Source: Pecten maximus (lineage: Eukaryota). Taken from it: 64,000 bases of DNA. Shown here in pieces: positions 24,601 to 36,488 of the stretch (the stretch's first letter is position 1; each line of letters begins with the position of its first letter). The position numbers and the translations under genes are program-made. The notes beneath the pieces were generated by a model. That model saw only the letters and a list, made by a program, of their open reading frames with translations, had not been told where the DNA came from and did not search any database. The stretch lies in assembly GCF_902652985.1 (NCBI RefSeq), contig NC_047029.1, positions 3,720,001 to 3,784,000 of the forward strand, written 5' to 3'.

Positions 24601-25117
24601 ACGATGCCAAACTATCAACAAAATATGGAATCCATAAAAAAATGCTAAAATAGTTTAATCGATGATTCTCGCCTTTAGTTATTTTTTTGTTTTATCTTTT
24701 TCAATTTAAATATTTACCTAATGTATTCGTGACTTTGTACAAGGATACTTTTGGATATATGTATATTGACCTTCACACTTATGGTATTTTACAGGCATTA
24801 TCCCTGCCTTGAGATGGAAGAACTTGCGCGAGACCATGAAGGAGTTGTCAGAAGAAGAAGCGTTACAACTTGGGGCACAACTCGGAATAAAGCCAGACGT
24901 ACTCGATGAGATTCGGGAGAAGAGTTCTGAAAGCGACATCGGCTTCAATATTATTTTCAAATGGCGACTAAAACTGCCAGGCAACCACCAGGCAATGCAG
25001 CTTCAAAACGCATTCGTAGGCATCGGTAAAACCCAGATTGCCGGACGGATGTCAAATCAGGGCTTGGAGGAGCAGCAGCACGATACTAGTGGAGAAATGT
25101 CCACTTCCGAGGATTGA
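1297..25117 (+). CDS. Spliced gene, 5'-partial: ankyrin repeat, ZU5-ZU5, UPA-like and death domain protein (ankyrin/PIDD/DTHD1-like architecture). Exons 1297-1395, 1710-1808, 2483-2581, 5878-5978, 7561-7903, 8134-8323, 8988-9283, 9935-10202, 23405-23708, 24440-24496, 24795-25117
   Basis: All junctions are AG/GT and phase-compatible apart from one +1 shift inside exon 8134-8323. Three 99-nt ankyrin exons, ZU5-like segments and a C-terminal death-domain pattern were recognised by eye. Confidence 0.85.
1710..1808 (+). CDS. Ankyrin-repeat exon NGQTALHKAAMQGHVNAIISLVARGARVDIIDR
   Basis: 99 nt, tttcag|...|gtgagt, ankyrin consensus. Confidence 0.93.
2483..2581 (+). CDS. Degenerate ankyrin-repeat exon TGRLALEYAVRSKHVAAVKLLCQFGSEPLLLDW
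   Basis: 99 nt, cctag|...|gtaggt. Confidence 0.88.
3330..3855. repeat. Degenerate A/C-rich minisatellite (caacagtcagaaaactgctc...)
   Basis: Recurrent 30-40 bp core. Confidence 0.8.
4294..5757. repeat. 26-bp minisatellite (gatagcgatcaacacgagtctccagt)
   Basis: About 55 tandem copies. Confidence 0.95.
5878..5978 (+). CDS. Linker exon TWLQDDDLKKKSDLFEIAKVLKRQLMRISGYKHG
   Basis: tttacag|...|gtatgt; phase 0-2 bridges the flanking exons. Confidence 0.8.
6270..7330. repeat. 30-bp minisatellite (cccatagtattgcccctcgtccagtttcat)
   Basis: Tandem copies with degenerate edges. Confidence 0.95.
7561..7903 (+). CDS. ZU5-like exon (AIRLDVALIIPGEGSTILLQNTGVDV...GGKE)
   Basis: Within ORF 7436-7927; caacag|...|gtatgt; phase 2-0. 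Confidence 0.85.
8134..8323 (+). CDS. Exon joining ZU5-1 and ZU5-2 (VTIVTLTIPLPSSGVYHFAMATRE / SFQLSNEAVTLKPDVEPEAEIAIPAGTFESGELSIK), with apparent +1 frameshift
   Basis: 190 nt between phase-0 neighbours. The two halves read in different frames across A8 at 8204-8211. EIAIPAGTF is ZU5-like. Confidence 0.7.
8988..9283 (+). CDS. ZU5-2 C-terminal exon ending AVFNINHFS
   Basis: ORF 8991-9287; cttcag|...|gtgagt; phase 0-2. Confidence 0.88.
9935..10202 (+). CDS. UPA-like exon (YAGAAKKT...EGQIFQ)
   Basis: ORF 9858-10286; ttgcag|...|gtaacg; phase 2-0. Confidence 0.85.
10335..10422. repeat. 8-bp repeat (tgaygtgt)n
   Basis: Directly visible. Confidence 0.85.
10469..11830. mobile_element. Non-autonomous DNA transposon, IS3EU-like
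   Basis: Perfect 30-bp TIR tatggcaagccgtttgggtttttacctatt; 6-bp TSD AATCAT (10463-68, 11831-36); subterminal arrays of agagatatct palindromic units. Confidence 0.85.
13683..13977. mobile_element. Short Helentron/HINE-like element
   Basis: aaacaagaggcccattggcc...ggtcacc end and caggtgacctaaa end. Confidence 0.65.
14200..14670. repeat. ~33-bp degenerate minisatellite (gactattgagtattagtgagtgttgacat...)
   Basis: Visible tandem copies. Confidence 0.85.
14862..15341. mobile_element. Helentron/HINE-like element
   Basis: aaactaaaggcccagagggcc hairpin end; ggtccttcggacc hairpin plus aggtcagcta end. Confidence 0.65.
15337..15657 (-). pseudogene. Transposase C-terminal exon remnant of the Kolobok element
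   Basis: YHRIY.HKSSRR...YKVERTYQHIQGLINLIVANR...DPRR...LAYVPPPSTAQMV resembles Kolobok transposase C-termini (recalled pattern); frameshifted; cttatag acceptor. Confidence 0.65.
16282..16418 (-). mobile_element. Solo-LTR-like element carrying a tRNA-derived sequence (Ajax-like)
   Basis: TGTAAC...GCTACA termini; CATG TSD (16278-81, 16419-22); minus strand accaggtagctcaattggtagagca (A box/D arm)...ccggtctgg. Confidence 0.7.
16917..17526. repeat. Three tandem ~210-bp units inside the P-like element
   Basis: gctacatggttt...gtaaacaaaacaa x3, near identical. Confidence 0.9.
19150..20300 (-). mobile_element. Decayed non-LTR retrotransposon (LINE) ORF2 3' fragment
   Basis: LFLLMYTDDMALF (YADD-like RT motif), IFDSYVNSILRYASEIWG, C-terminal CNNCDLGDIEDEFHFILICPLY; stops and frameshifts. 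Confidence 0.9.
21630..21826 (-). pseudogene. N-terminal ORF remnant of the Kolobok element
   Basis: MANTRSKWKG...KKRRIE...RTRI/RWHQLK/TEGIKTDPPLAKLM across frameshifts; resembles the R.W..LK...G.KTD motif of Kolobok-associated ORFs. Confidence 0.5.
22192..22980. mobile_element. Non-autonomous Kolobok-type MITE nested in the large Kolobok
   Basis: TIR agggacctcacggtaaa / tttaccgtgatgtccct (1 mismatch); ttaa left, tttaa right. Confidence 0.8.
23405..23708 (+). CDS. UPA-like exon (IRLGDGLKETSGNEHLTLIF...VRLVKK)
   Basis: ttccag|...|gtaagg; phase 0-1; overlaps ORF 23450-23734. Confidence 0.85.
23761..24167. repeat. 43-bp minisatellite
   Basis: cgtggttacgatactgttaacgtgtgactgacatatagtataa x~9.5. 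Confidence 0.95.
24440..24496 (+). CDS. Acidic linker exon EANEDDDPSTMDELDMKDK
   Basis: ctacag|...|gtaagt; 57 nt; phase 1-1. Confidence 0.8.
24795..25117 (+). CDS. Death-domain terminal coding exon
   Basis: LGAQLGIKPDVLDEIRE...IIFKWR...LQNAFVGIGKTQIA fits the death-domain helix pattern; stop TGA at 25115-25117. Confidence 0.88.
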
Positions 25118-25225
25118 GTATATTTTTCTGCAGGTAACTAATTTTTCATCAAAGCATTAGTTACTAATTTTTCGTTTAACAAGGAAATATGGGATAAAAG
25201 GCCTGGTAGGGTTTGATAATGGCTC

Positions 25226-26490
25226 ATTTTATTAGCTCAAATGGTCCGAATGACCTAGGTTACCTAAGGGCATACCGTAGCTTTCGTCGTCAGTCCGTCC
25301 GTCCGTCAACAGAAAAACAACGACGTCTTCTTCTTAATTACTGATTGGAATTTAACCTAATTACACTTGAAGCATCTGTAAGAGGTGGTGATCTCAAACG
25401 CTACAAATGGTGGAGCTGAACCCCAAGGGGCTCAGGGGCGGGACGAAAAGGGCGCGACATAGCTATATTGCGACACACAAATTTTCTTTCGAACTAAGCG
25501 CGATGGATATCGCTTATATTTGACTTTCGGCATCCCCAGGTAGTAGGGATTCAAAAAAACTGCCAATTGCGAGGCTGGCCCTACAGGGCTGAGGGGCGGG
25601 TCCAAAAGAAATCAATTCGGCTATATTGCAAAAAACGGCTTCTTGTATTTTTGAAACGTTCAGATTCCCCATCCCATAACCATATATATCATTGCTGGGC
25701 ATCAAGAGATAAACACCTGTTGTCAAAATAAGCCATGGGGTCTTCCACCAACCAAAGGAACTTTATTTCTTAGATATAGCATTGAAACTGTATAGATCTC
25801 CACTCTATAACCATATATAGCTTTGCTGGGCATATAGAGACAAAAACAATCATGATGTAATATTGGCACTGGAACCTTTCCCCACCGCTAGGAGTTTAGT
25901 TTTCTTCGTTATGCATTTGAAACCGCTTAAATTCCCACCTTATCTCTTTACATTGTTGGGCATAAGATATAAAGATATAAGAGATAAACACAATCTTTTT
26001 GTGAAAATAGACCTGGTGTCTGTCTCCATCCCTTGGTACTTACCAGTAGTTTATTGGTTATATTTTTGAAACCGTTCTGATCCCCGCCCCATAACCATAT
26101 ATAACATTTCTGGGAATAAAAACAATCCTGATTAACAGGCCCAAGGGTCTTTCCTTACCCCTAGAGACTTAGTTCCTTGATTTTATATTTGAAATCGCTA
26201 AGATCTCAATCCCATAACTATATATAGCATTGCTGGTTACCAAGAAATACACACAATGTCGTTGTAAAAATAGGATCTGGGGTTTTTCTCAATCCCAAGA
26301 GACTTAGAGTCTTTGTTATATCTTTGAAATCACTAAGATCTCTACCCCATAACCATATATAGCATTGCTGGGCATCAAGAGGTAAAGACAATCCTGATGT
26401 TAAAATAAGTCCAGGGGTCTTTCCCCAACCTCAGCTTCTTTAAACACAATCATGTTGTAAATACCATCCCTGGGTCTTTCACGCCCCTAG
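25226..26490. mobile_element. HINE/pearl-like element with (gtcc)n microsatellite and diverged internal tandem units
   Basis: ttttattagctca start, gtccgtccgtccgtc, repeated ccataaccatatatagcattgctgggcatcaagag core. Confidence 0.7.
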
Positions 26491-26493
26491 GTA

Positions 26494-26590
26494 GTCAATT
26501 TAAAGTCAAACTCAAGTCAATTTAAGGTCAAATTCAAGTCAATTTAAAGTCAAATTCAGGTCAATTTAAAGTCAAATTCAGGTCAATTTG
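26494..26590. repeat. 11/22-bp repeat (gtcaatttaaagtcaaattcag)
   Basis: Directly visible. Confidence 0.8.
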
Positions 26591-27100
26591 AATTGAGATG
26601 ATGACATTTTGCCTGTGTACACGGCTACACTTCTATCTATATTGTACAGTGTATTATGTATATTTAACGTCCAATCAATGTAAATACATGTATTTACAAC
26701 AAATTGCCTCTGAAATATCTTTTTTTTCTGTATTTTTCTGTGATACGTTTTTGCACAAATTGAAACCTTCCGTTAATACTTTAGGAAAAAATTGGTCATA
26801 TATTTACAGTTGGCTCATGATGATCAATCGACTTTTTACATTAAGAAATTCTAAATTGATTATTAATATTTCATGCAAAATATTAATTTGAAAGAATTAT
26901 AGTTTATATATAGTCCTTGGAATTAGATGTTTTGATTCTGATCGGAGTAAGAGACAGGTAATCAACAGCATTGTGTTTTATTACAAAGAGGAATTCCTTG
27001 CTGTCAATACAGACAGATTATTATTAACATTCGTAGTATGATAAGTAGTCACGTGATCAACATCAATCTAAGCAGATATTTTGTTATTTTGAATATTTAT

Positions 27101-30100
27101 ACTGTGTGTATAGTATATTGACACATTGACAAAGGGGTTAATTGTCCCTAAATAATTACTGTAAAGTTTTGTTTGGTATATTTAACAATATCTATGTATG
27201 GATGTGGGAGAGCGATACCTACTTTGGATAATCTTGTTCTCGAATATGATTTGATTGTGTGATGAGGTGAGGGTGTTTAAACATGTTCTCGGATATGATT
27301 TGATTGTGTGATGAGGTGATGTGTTTAAACATGTTCTCAGATATGATTTGATTGTGTGATAAGGTGAAGTGTTTAAACATGTTCTCGGATATGATTTGAT
27401 TGTGTGATGAGGTGATGTGTTTAAACATGTTCTCAGATATGATTTGATTGTGTGATGAGGTGAGGTGTTTAAACATATTCTCGGATATGATTTGATTGTG
27501 TGATGAGGTGATGTGTTTAAACATGTTCTCGGATATGATTTGATTGTGTGATAAGGTGATGTGTTTAAACATGTTCTCGGATATGATTTGATTGTGTGAT
27601 GAGGTGATGTGTTTAAACATGTTCTCGGATATGATTTGATTGTGTGATGAGGTGAGGTGTTTAAACATGTTCTCGGATATGATTTGATTGTGTGATGAGG
27701 TGATGTGTTTAAACATGTTCTCAGATATGATTTGATTGTGTGATGAGGTGAGGTGTTTAAACATATTCTCGGATATGATTTGATTGTGTGATGAGGTGAG
27801 GTGTTTAAACATGTTCTCGGATATGATTTGATTGTGTGATGAGGTGAGGTGTTTAAACATGTTCTCGGATATGATTTGATTGGACTGTGTGATGAGGTGG
27901 TGTTTAAACATGTTCTCAGATATGATTTGATTGTGTGATAAGGTGATGTGTTTAAACATGTTCTCGGATATGATTTGATTATGTGATGAGGTGACGTGTT
28001 TAAACATGTTCTCAGATATGATTTGATTGTGTGATGAGGTGAGGTGTTTAAACATGTTCTCAGATAGGATTTGATTGTGTGATGAGGTGACGTGTTTAAA
28101 CATGTTCTCAGATATGATTTCATCGTGTAATGAGGTGAGGCGTTTAAACAGAGATATTTATGTCGGGTTGGTTTAGAATAGCTTAATATCCCCCGTGTTA
28201 ATGTATCGTGTTCTAACTTTATCTTTTTATAGTTGGATATTTTTTTTTTTTATTTTTACTCCGTCCATCATTCCGTTGCCAACTTTGTTAAATAGACTTT
28301 TTTATCGATATTTAGGTCCGTGTTTGTAATCTTTATATGATCTTTTGTAATTTATCTGTTCCTGTGAAATCTTTATCTGTTCCCGTGTAATCTTTATCTG
28401 TTCCTGTGAAATCTTTATCTGTTCCCGTGTAATCTTTATCTGTTCCTGTGAAATCTTTATCTATTCCCGTGAAATCTTTATCTGTTCCCGTGAAATATGT
28501 ATCTGTTCCCGTGTAATCTTTATCTGTTCCCGTGAAATCTTTATCTGTTCCCGCGAAATCTTTATCTCTTCCCATGAAATCTTTATCTGTTTCCGTGTAA
28601 TCTTTATCTGTTCCCGTGTAATCTTTATCTATTCCCGTGTAATCTTTATCTGTTCCCGTGTAATCTTTATCTGTTCCCGTGAAACCTTAGCTGTTCCCGT
28701 GAAATCTTTATCTGTTCCCGTGTAATGTTCATGTGTTCATACTGTGGGTATAGTATATTGACACATTGACAAAGGGGTTAATTGTCCCTTAATAATTACT
28801 GTAAAGTTTTGTTTGGTATATTTAACAATATCTATGTATGGATGTGGGAGAGCGATACCTACTTTGGATAATCTTGTTCTCGGATATGATTGGATTGTGT
28901 GATGAGGTGACGTGTTTAAACATGTTCTCGGATATGATTTGATTGTGTGATGAGGTGAAGTGTTTAAACATGTTCTCAGATAGGATTTGATTATGTGATG
29001 AGGTGAGGTGTTTAAACATGTTCTCAGATAGGATTTGATTGTGTGATGAGGTAAGGTGTTTAAATATATTCTCGGATATGATTTCATCGTGTAATAAGGT
29101 GAGACGTTTAAACAGAGATATTTATGTCGGGTTGGTTTAGAATAGCTTAATATCCCCCGTGTTAATGTATCGTGTTATAACTTTATCTATTTATAGTTGG
29201 ATATTTAAAAAAATTTTTTACTCCGTCCATCATTCCGTTGCCAACTTTGTTAAATAGACTTTTTTATCGATATTTACGTCCGTGTTTGTAATCTTTATGT
29301 GATCCTTTGTAATTTATCTGTTCCCGTGAAATCTTTATATGTTCCCGTGAAATCTTTATCTGTTCCTATGTAGTCTTTATCTGTACCCGTGAAATCTGTA
29401 TCTGTTCCCGTGAAATCTTTATCTGTTCCCGTGAAATCTTTATCTGTTCCCGTGTAATCTTTATCTGTTTCCGTGAAATCTTTATCTGTTCCTGTGTAAT
29501 CTTTATCTGTTCCCGTGAAACTTTATCTGTTCCCGTGAAATCTTTATCTGTTCCCGTGTAATCTTTATTTGCTCCCTGTAATCTTTATCTGTTCCCGTGT
29601 AATCTTCATTTGTTCCCTGTAATCTTTATTTGTTCCCTGTAATCTTTATCTGTCCCTGTGAAATCTTTATCTGTTCCCGTGTAATCTTTATTTGTTCCCT
29701 GTAATATTTATCTGTTCCCGTGAAATCTTTATCTGTTCCCTGTAATCTTTATCTGTTCCAGTGAAATCTTTATCTGTTCCCGTGAAATCTTTATTTGTTC
29801 CCTGTAATCTTTATCTGTCCCCGTGAAATCTTTATCTGTTCCCTGTAATCTTTATCTGTTCCCATGAAATCTTTATCTGTTCCCGTGAAATCTTTGTTCC
29901 CTGTAATCTTTATCTGTCCCCGTGAAATCTTTATCTGTTTCCGTGTAATCTTTATCTGTTTCCGTGAAATCTTTATATGTTCCCGTGAAACTTTATTTGT
30001 TCCCGTGAAATCTTTATCTGTTCCCGTGTAATCTTAATCTGTTCCCGTGAAACTTAATCTGCTTCCGTGAAACTTTATTTGTTTCCTTGTAATCTTTATC

Positions 30101-30230
30101 TGTTCCCATGTAATCTTTATCTGTTCCCGTGAAATCTTTATTGTTCCCGTGTAATCTTTATCTGTTCCCGTGAAATCTTTATTGTTCCCTTGTAATCTTT
30201 ATCTGTTCCCGAGTAATCTTTATCTGTTCT
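27101..30230. repeat. Tandemly duplicated composite block (27101-28740; 28741-30230), each with a 48-bp and a 21-bp minisatellite array
   Basis: Near-identical unique spacers; 48-mer at c.27235-28150 and 28875-29112; 21-mer at c.28350-28725 and 29310-30228. Confidence 0.95.
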
Positions 30231-31459
30231 TAGACTGTCTTTACAATTATTTTTTCGTGAAACGCAGAATTTGATTCATCCAGATGTTCATACCACTTCT
30301 AACCAACTTAGTTTTAAAATAGAGTACTGTGTTATCACACCGAAAGCCTTTAGGTTCCAACAGTACATTGTATTAGCGAAAATACTGCTTCTGTTTTCGA
30401 CTGTTTTTATAAGATTCTATTTGAGTGCTGACATGTTTCATTGGTTATTTAATCAATACTAACAGACGAGTATTGCTTGGTTCCTAGTGTTAAAGTAAAT
30501 CGCTTTCAGGTCTCTTTATGCAAAAGGTATAGTTGTTTAAAATTACCAAATGTGCTGATTATCGCCTAGGCAGAAGACAGATTACGAGTACCCCAATCAT
30601 CGACTTTATATAAACTCTTGTATCTATATTATTTATCAACTGGCAATGATCATTATTGGCCCTTTAATAGATTAAATTGTCTGATTAAATCATATATGTC
30701 TATGATCTGGTAAAGGTGTAAGAACACGATTACGTAACATCTATAAAAGAAAAGAAAAACCGGGGAACGGGGATCAATGGTACTTAAATTACTAAAATAG
30801 ATTTAAAATGATAATGTGTATATAAAGGCCTGTATACGTGCCCAATTTTTAACATAATTTAGATTACATTTATACAACAGGTAGAATTTAGTGACACACA
30901 TGTCAACACATTAAGAAACATCGTGTGCATCCTGTAGTACATATACGTGTATATAATTTAACACAATCGTCCAGTCGGTCTCTTCAATATCTACCGGGTA
31001 AGGTGGGAAGATGCTGCTCCACTGAATTAGGTACGCAGTTTAAATTTTACGACAATTATCTGAACGTCTTTTAATCACAGTGACGGATTAAAATGTATCT
31101 ATCTGGTCAGAATTATACAAAATAGTCTGTGATGTCACGTTATGTATGTTTATTTTCTGCTGGCCCCTTTATGACTTAAAACTTTACCTTCGATCTCGGC
31201 TATGTGATCTGTTTTGTTATACATACAGGGTAAAACTAAGTATTTGTAGATTATAACTATGCTTGTATCTGTAAAATAAATCTAATATAAACACTCACGT
31301 TAACATAGCCCGGAAGTGAAAGGAGCGTAACATTGTACGTGTGTTGTAAGTATTGCTAGTGGTCATTAGGTAAATAGGAGATGGGGAGTTATTTTTCTTG
31401 TTTATGATTTCATTTCGAATATGAATTTGTACATATATGCACACCTATAAGCACAATTA

Positions 31460-32290
31460 GCGCTTTGTAAGGTAACAGTAAAGTGCCATATGCACTGTGA
31501 ACGTTTTGTAAGGTAGAGTATAGTGCCATATGTACTGTGAACGTTTTGTAAGGTACAGTATAGTGCCATATGTACTGTGAACGTTTTGTAAGATACAGTA
31601 AAGTGTCATATTAACTGTGAACGTTTTGTAAGATACAGTAAAGTGCCATATGTACTGTGAACGTTTTGTAAGGTAGAGTATAGTGCCATATGTACTGTGA
31701 ACGTTTTGTAAGATACAGTAAAGTGCCATATGTACTGTGAACGTTTTGTAAGATACAGTAAAGTGTCATATTAACTGTGAACGTTTTGTAAGGTAACAGT
31801 AAAGTGTCATATGTACTGTGAACGTTTTGTAAGGTACAGTATAGTGCCATATGTACTGTGAACGTTTTGTAAGATACAGTAAAGTGCCATATGTACTGTG
31901 AACGTTTTGTAAGATACAGTAAAGTGTCATATTAACTGTGAACGTTTTGTAAGGTAACAGTAAAGTGTCATATGTACTGTGAACGTTTTGTAAGGTAACA
32001 GTATAGTGTCATATGTACTGTGAACGTTTTGTAAGGTAACAGTAGTGTCATATGTACTGTGAACGTTTTGTAAGGTAACAGTATAGTGTCATATGTACTG
32101 TGAACGTTTTGTAAGGTACAGTAAAGTGTCATATGTACTGTGAACGTTTTGTAAGGTACAAGTTAAGTGTCATATGTACTGTGAACGTTTTGTAAGGTAC
32201 AATTTAAGTGTCATATGTACTGTGAACGTTTTGTAAGATACAAGCTAACTGTCATATGTACTGTGAACGCTTTGTAAGGTACAAGTTAAG
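31460..32290. repeat. 40-41-bp minisatellite (gtgccatatgtactgtgaacgttttgtaagatacagtaaa)
   Basis: About 20 copies. Confidence 0.95.
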
Positions 32291-33098
32291 CTTGTTATAA
32301 AGTTGAATTTAATTAATTGAATAATAAATATATTAATTAAAGTAAGATTAATGTCTGCTTAATTGAATCGTTCAAACATCCAACATGTTAAGGTGGAAGT
32401 GTTGTTAAAATAAAAACACCAACAAATGTGTTCAGTATGTTCTGTTTAATGGATGATGTTAACAAGGTTGAATAACGATGAGGATACACTAAGCTTAGAA
32501 AAGTGTACAAACTTGCATATAGTTCTACTCCATAACCGTATAAACACACTGTACTAATCTCGCACCCCTATACTACAACAACGTGGAGGTGTCCCTACAC
32601 AGCAGTCACGGAGCAACGCACTGGTACGAGCACGTGCATCACGTACTCAATGTGACAATGTGAACCTTATGCGTTAAAGTCTGACAACATGATGTTTAGA
32701 GTTACATTAACGTCAACACGTGTTTTTGTTTTGTTTTTCGTTATATTTTCGTAAACGCCAAAAGATATTTTCGTTAGTTATCCAATGAAAATTTAACCTT
32801 ATTGTGCATTACTTACAGTAAATAACAACACACTGTTTACCATGATGTTACGTTGAGTTTGAGTCGAAAATAGTCATATCTGAAATACTATTTGTTAAGA
32901 TGAGTTTTTAAAAGATGTCGACATTTCACGCTACCCGGTATTTGACTAAGACAAAGTTAATGTTGTCCTGCGGTTTTTTATACACATTGCGTAACAATAA
33001 AACACCAGGCAATACCAAAACATCAAAATTGGAGCAAGAACAAGAGCCGTAGTACTGACTAGATCGGCACCAAAGAGTTATCACTCCATAACTCTCCT

Positions 33099-33429
33099 GG
33101 CCACCGGAACATCTCGTGTATCTTCATAAAAAAATCACTGATGACCACCGGAACATCTGTGCATCTTTATAAAAAAATCACTGATGACCATCGGAACATC
33201 TCGTGCATCTTCATAAAAAAAATCACTGATGACAACCGGAACATCTCGTGCATCTTCATAAAAATTTCTAAACGGGCCGAGGATAGTTAAAGGCTCTATA
33301 TATTTATTTATTTCAAAATAAATTTGTCAAATTACTGTTTACACTAAAAGTTGTTAGCTAATAACATAAGATTTGATAAGTTGTAACAAATGGTTGGCGT
33401 GAACAGATAACGAAGATGTTCCGGTAGCC
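33099..33429. mobile_element. Possible MITE with tandemly amplified left end
   Basis: ggccaccggaacatct ... agatgttccggtagcc inverted; ~44-bp unit x4; TSD unclear. Confidence 0.5.
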
Positions 33430-35080
33430 TTGATTATAGAGCGAAACATCAAAGTGTAAATTTCGTAATTCAAAAAATACACATAAACAATATATATGTT
33501 CTATATCTGCATATGGTCTGTGTCGGGTACGCTCGATAAAGTATATAATTATATGAATGTGTAATAAAATGATAACTAAAACTAGAAAAAGTAGTAAAAA
33601 TTAAGAAAAATGTGATTTTAAATAAAAGTTTAAATTAACTACTGTAGCATGTACCTTATTTTTCCTTAAATCATTTACAGATAATACGGGTGGAGATGGT
33701 CTAGTTCAATTGTAACTTTACTATTTGTAGCCATAAAAATTATATCAAGATATTAATTAATGAACTAGATGACAGTACCAACACCACAGACCTCGCGAAC
33801 ACATCAATCGCTGGTCGGTATCTAAATTAAGTCTAACAAGACTTCATCATCCAAACACGTGACCTACACTAGTGGAATACGTAGACCCTACAGGGTTATG
33901 AACACATTATCAAAGCATGGCACATAGACCCGCTCACCACTTAAAGCAAAGACAAAAAATGAATACTATCTCTAATTAACTCTTCATACTTTTTCGAGAC
34001 AAATTGTTACAAAATAATTTTTGCATCATGATTCAAAAGAAGTTGTGAACATCTGTGTCTATTCTACGCTTGTTACTGGAATTTTAGCTTGTAGAGATCA
34101 TGTTATAACCAGCAATGTAGATGGTCTTTATTTCGTCACAAAATGTTCACTGTTATTCGCATAGCTGGTTTGCTAAAACTTTTCTTTTAATGAATAATAC
34201 AAATTTTACTATTCCAAAACATACCAATATAAATATGTGTGAAAATCTTACCTCACATAGTTAATCGTCAGTACACAGGGGCATCTATTTTCTTACATAT
34301 ATAGGTATTTCTGGCTATTTTTAATATAAAACAAGACATGCCCATGTGGTCAGTATCAACGTTTGTAACACATTATAATTTCTGACCAAAAAATACAAGA
34401 AAACGTGATATTGCTCAATGTTACTTTTAAAGAACAGAGCTGTTCCACTTTGCAGTATACAATCGAAATAATATACACAAAATTAAAAATATCTATAAAA
34501 TCGCACTTAAACAATAAAATGAAATAAATGTTGTATATACCATATAGTTTGATTTCATTTTTGGTGGGAGAGTAAGATATAAGATACATATACATGTATA
34601 TATATATATATGGAAACCAAGCAATATTACGCTGAAAAGTGAAAACACCTTTTTCCTAAAATAATCCTGTTGATTTTCAATTAGATTTTGATAGATTTTT
34701 GTGTATGTATATGTTGATTGACTAATATAGATCACAGCGTCAAGGGCCAGTCGTACAATCCGGCCCAGGAATGTAACAAATATGCGGGTAAAATCAAAGC
34801 TGTTTGGCCTCTCCTAATACTTCATCTCGTAGGAATTCAGAACGATCGAGAAATATATAAAATCGCAAATGATTTGAATCACATACAGATCCAACAAAAT
34901 AAGGCTAGAACACGGGTATTTAATACCCAGTATTAGACATCGGTACTACAGTCATAATACACAAAACCTATAGGAATACAGTAAACTATCGCTTACAGCC
35001 TCCGCCTTAATATACATAATGTAAATACTGAACAAAGTACGTAACACCAGATAGAGTAGAACCTAGACAATGAACGACTG

Positions 35081-36488
35081 GACATGTCACCATCTGTCAC
35101 CATCTAACGTCAGACACATGTCACCATCCGTCACCATGTAACGTCAGACACATGTCTACATCTAACGTCAGACACATGTCACCATCCGTCACCACCTAAC
35201 GTCAGACACATGTCACCATCCGTCACCATCTAACGTCAGACACATGTCACCATCCGTCACCACCTAACGTCAGACACATGTCTACATCTAACGTCAGACA
35301 CATGTCTACATCTAACGTCAGACATGTCTACATCTAACGTCAGACACATGTCACCATCCGTCACCATCTAACGTCAGACACATGTCTACATCTAACGTCA
35401 GACACATGTCTACATCTAACGTCAGACACATGTCACCATCCGTCACCATCTAACGTCAGACACATGTCACCATCCGTCACCATCTAACGTCAGACACATG
35501 TCTACATCTAACGTCAGACACATGTCACCATCCGTCACCACCTAACGTCAGACACATGTCACCATCCGTCACCATCTAACGTCAGACACATGTCTACATC
35601 TAACGTCAGACACATGTCACCATCCGTCACCATCTAACGTCAGACACATGTCTACATCTAACGTCAGACACATGTCACCATCCGTCACCATCTAACGTCA
35701 GACACATGTCTACATCTAACGTCAGACACATGTCTACATCTAACGTCAGACACATGTCTACATCTAACGTCAGACACATGTCTACATCTAACGTCAGACA
35801 CATGTCACCATCCGTCACCATCTAACGTCAGACACATGTCACCATCCGCCACCATCTAACGTCAGACACATGTCACCATCCGTCACCATGTAACGTCAGA
35901 CACATGTCTACATCTAACGTCAGACACATGTCTACATCTAACGTCAGACACATGTCTACATCTAACGTCAGACACATGTCACCATCCGTCACCATCTAAC
36001 GTCAGACACATGTCACCATCCGTCACCACCTAACGTCAGACACATGTCTACATCTAACGTCAGACACATGTCTACATCTAACGTCAGACACATGTCTACA
36101 TCTAACGTCAGACACATGTCACCATCCGTCACCATCTAACGTCAGACACATGTCACCACCTAACGTCAGACACATGTCACCATCCGTCACCATCTAACGT
36201 CAGACACATGTCTACATCTAACGTCAGACACATGTCACCATCCGTCACCATCTAACGTCAGACACATGTCACCACCTAACGTCAGACACATGTCACCATC
36301 CGTCACCATCTAACGTCAGACACATGTCACCACCTAACGTCAGACACATGTCACCATCCGTCACCATCTAACGTCAGACACATGTCACCACCTAACGTCA
36401 GACACATGTCACCATCCGTCACCATCTAACGTCAGACACATGTCTACATCTAACGTCAGACACATGTCTACATCTAACGTCAGACACG
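35081..36488. repeat. Minisatellite of interspersed 24-bp and 34-bp variant units
   Basis: acatgtctacatctaacgtcagac / acatgtcaccatccgtcaccatctaacgtcagac. Confidence 0.95.

Noticed and set aside
27182-28123. 313/294-aa repetitive ORFs
   Set aside because: A 48-bp unit (multiple of 3) keeps frames open; no splice or coding context
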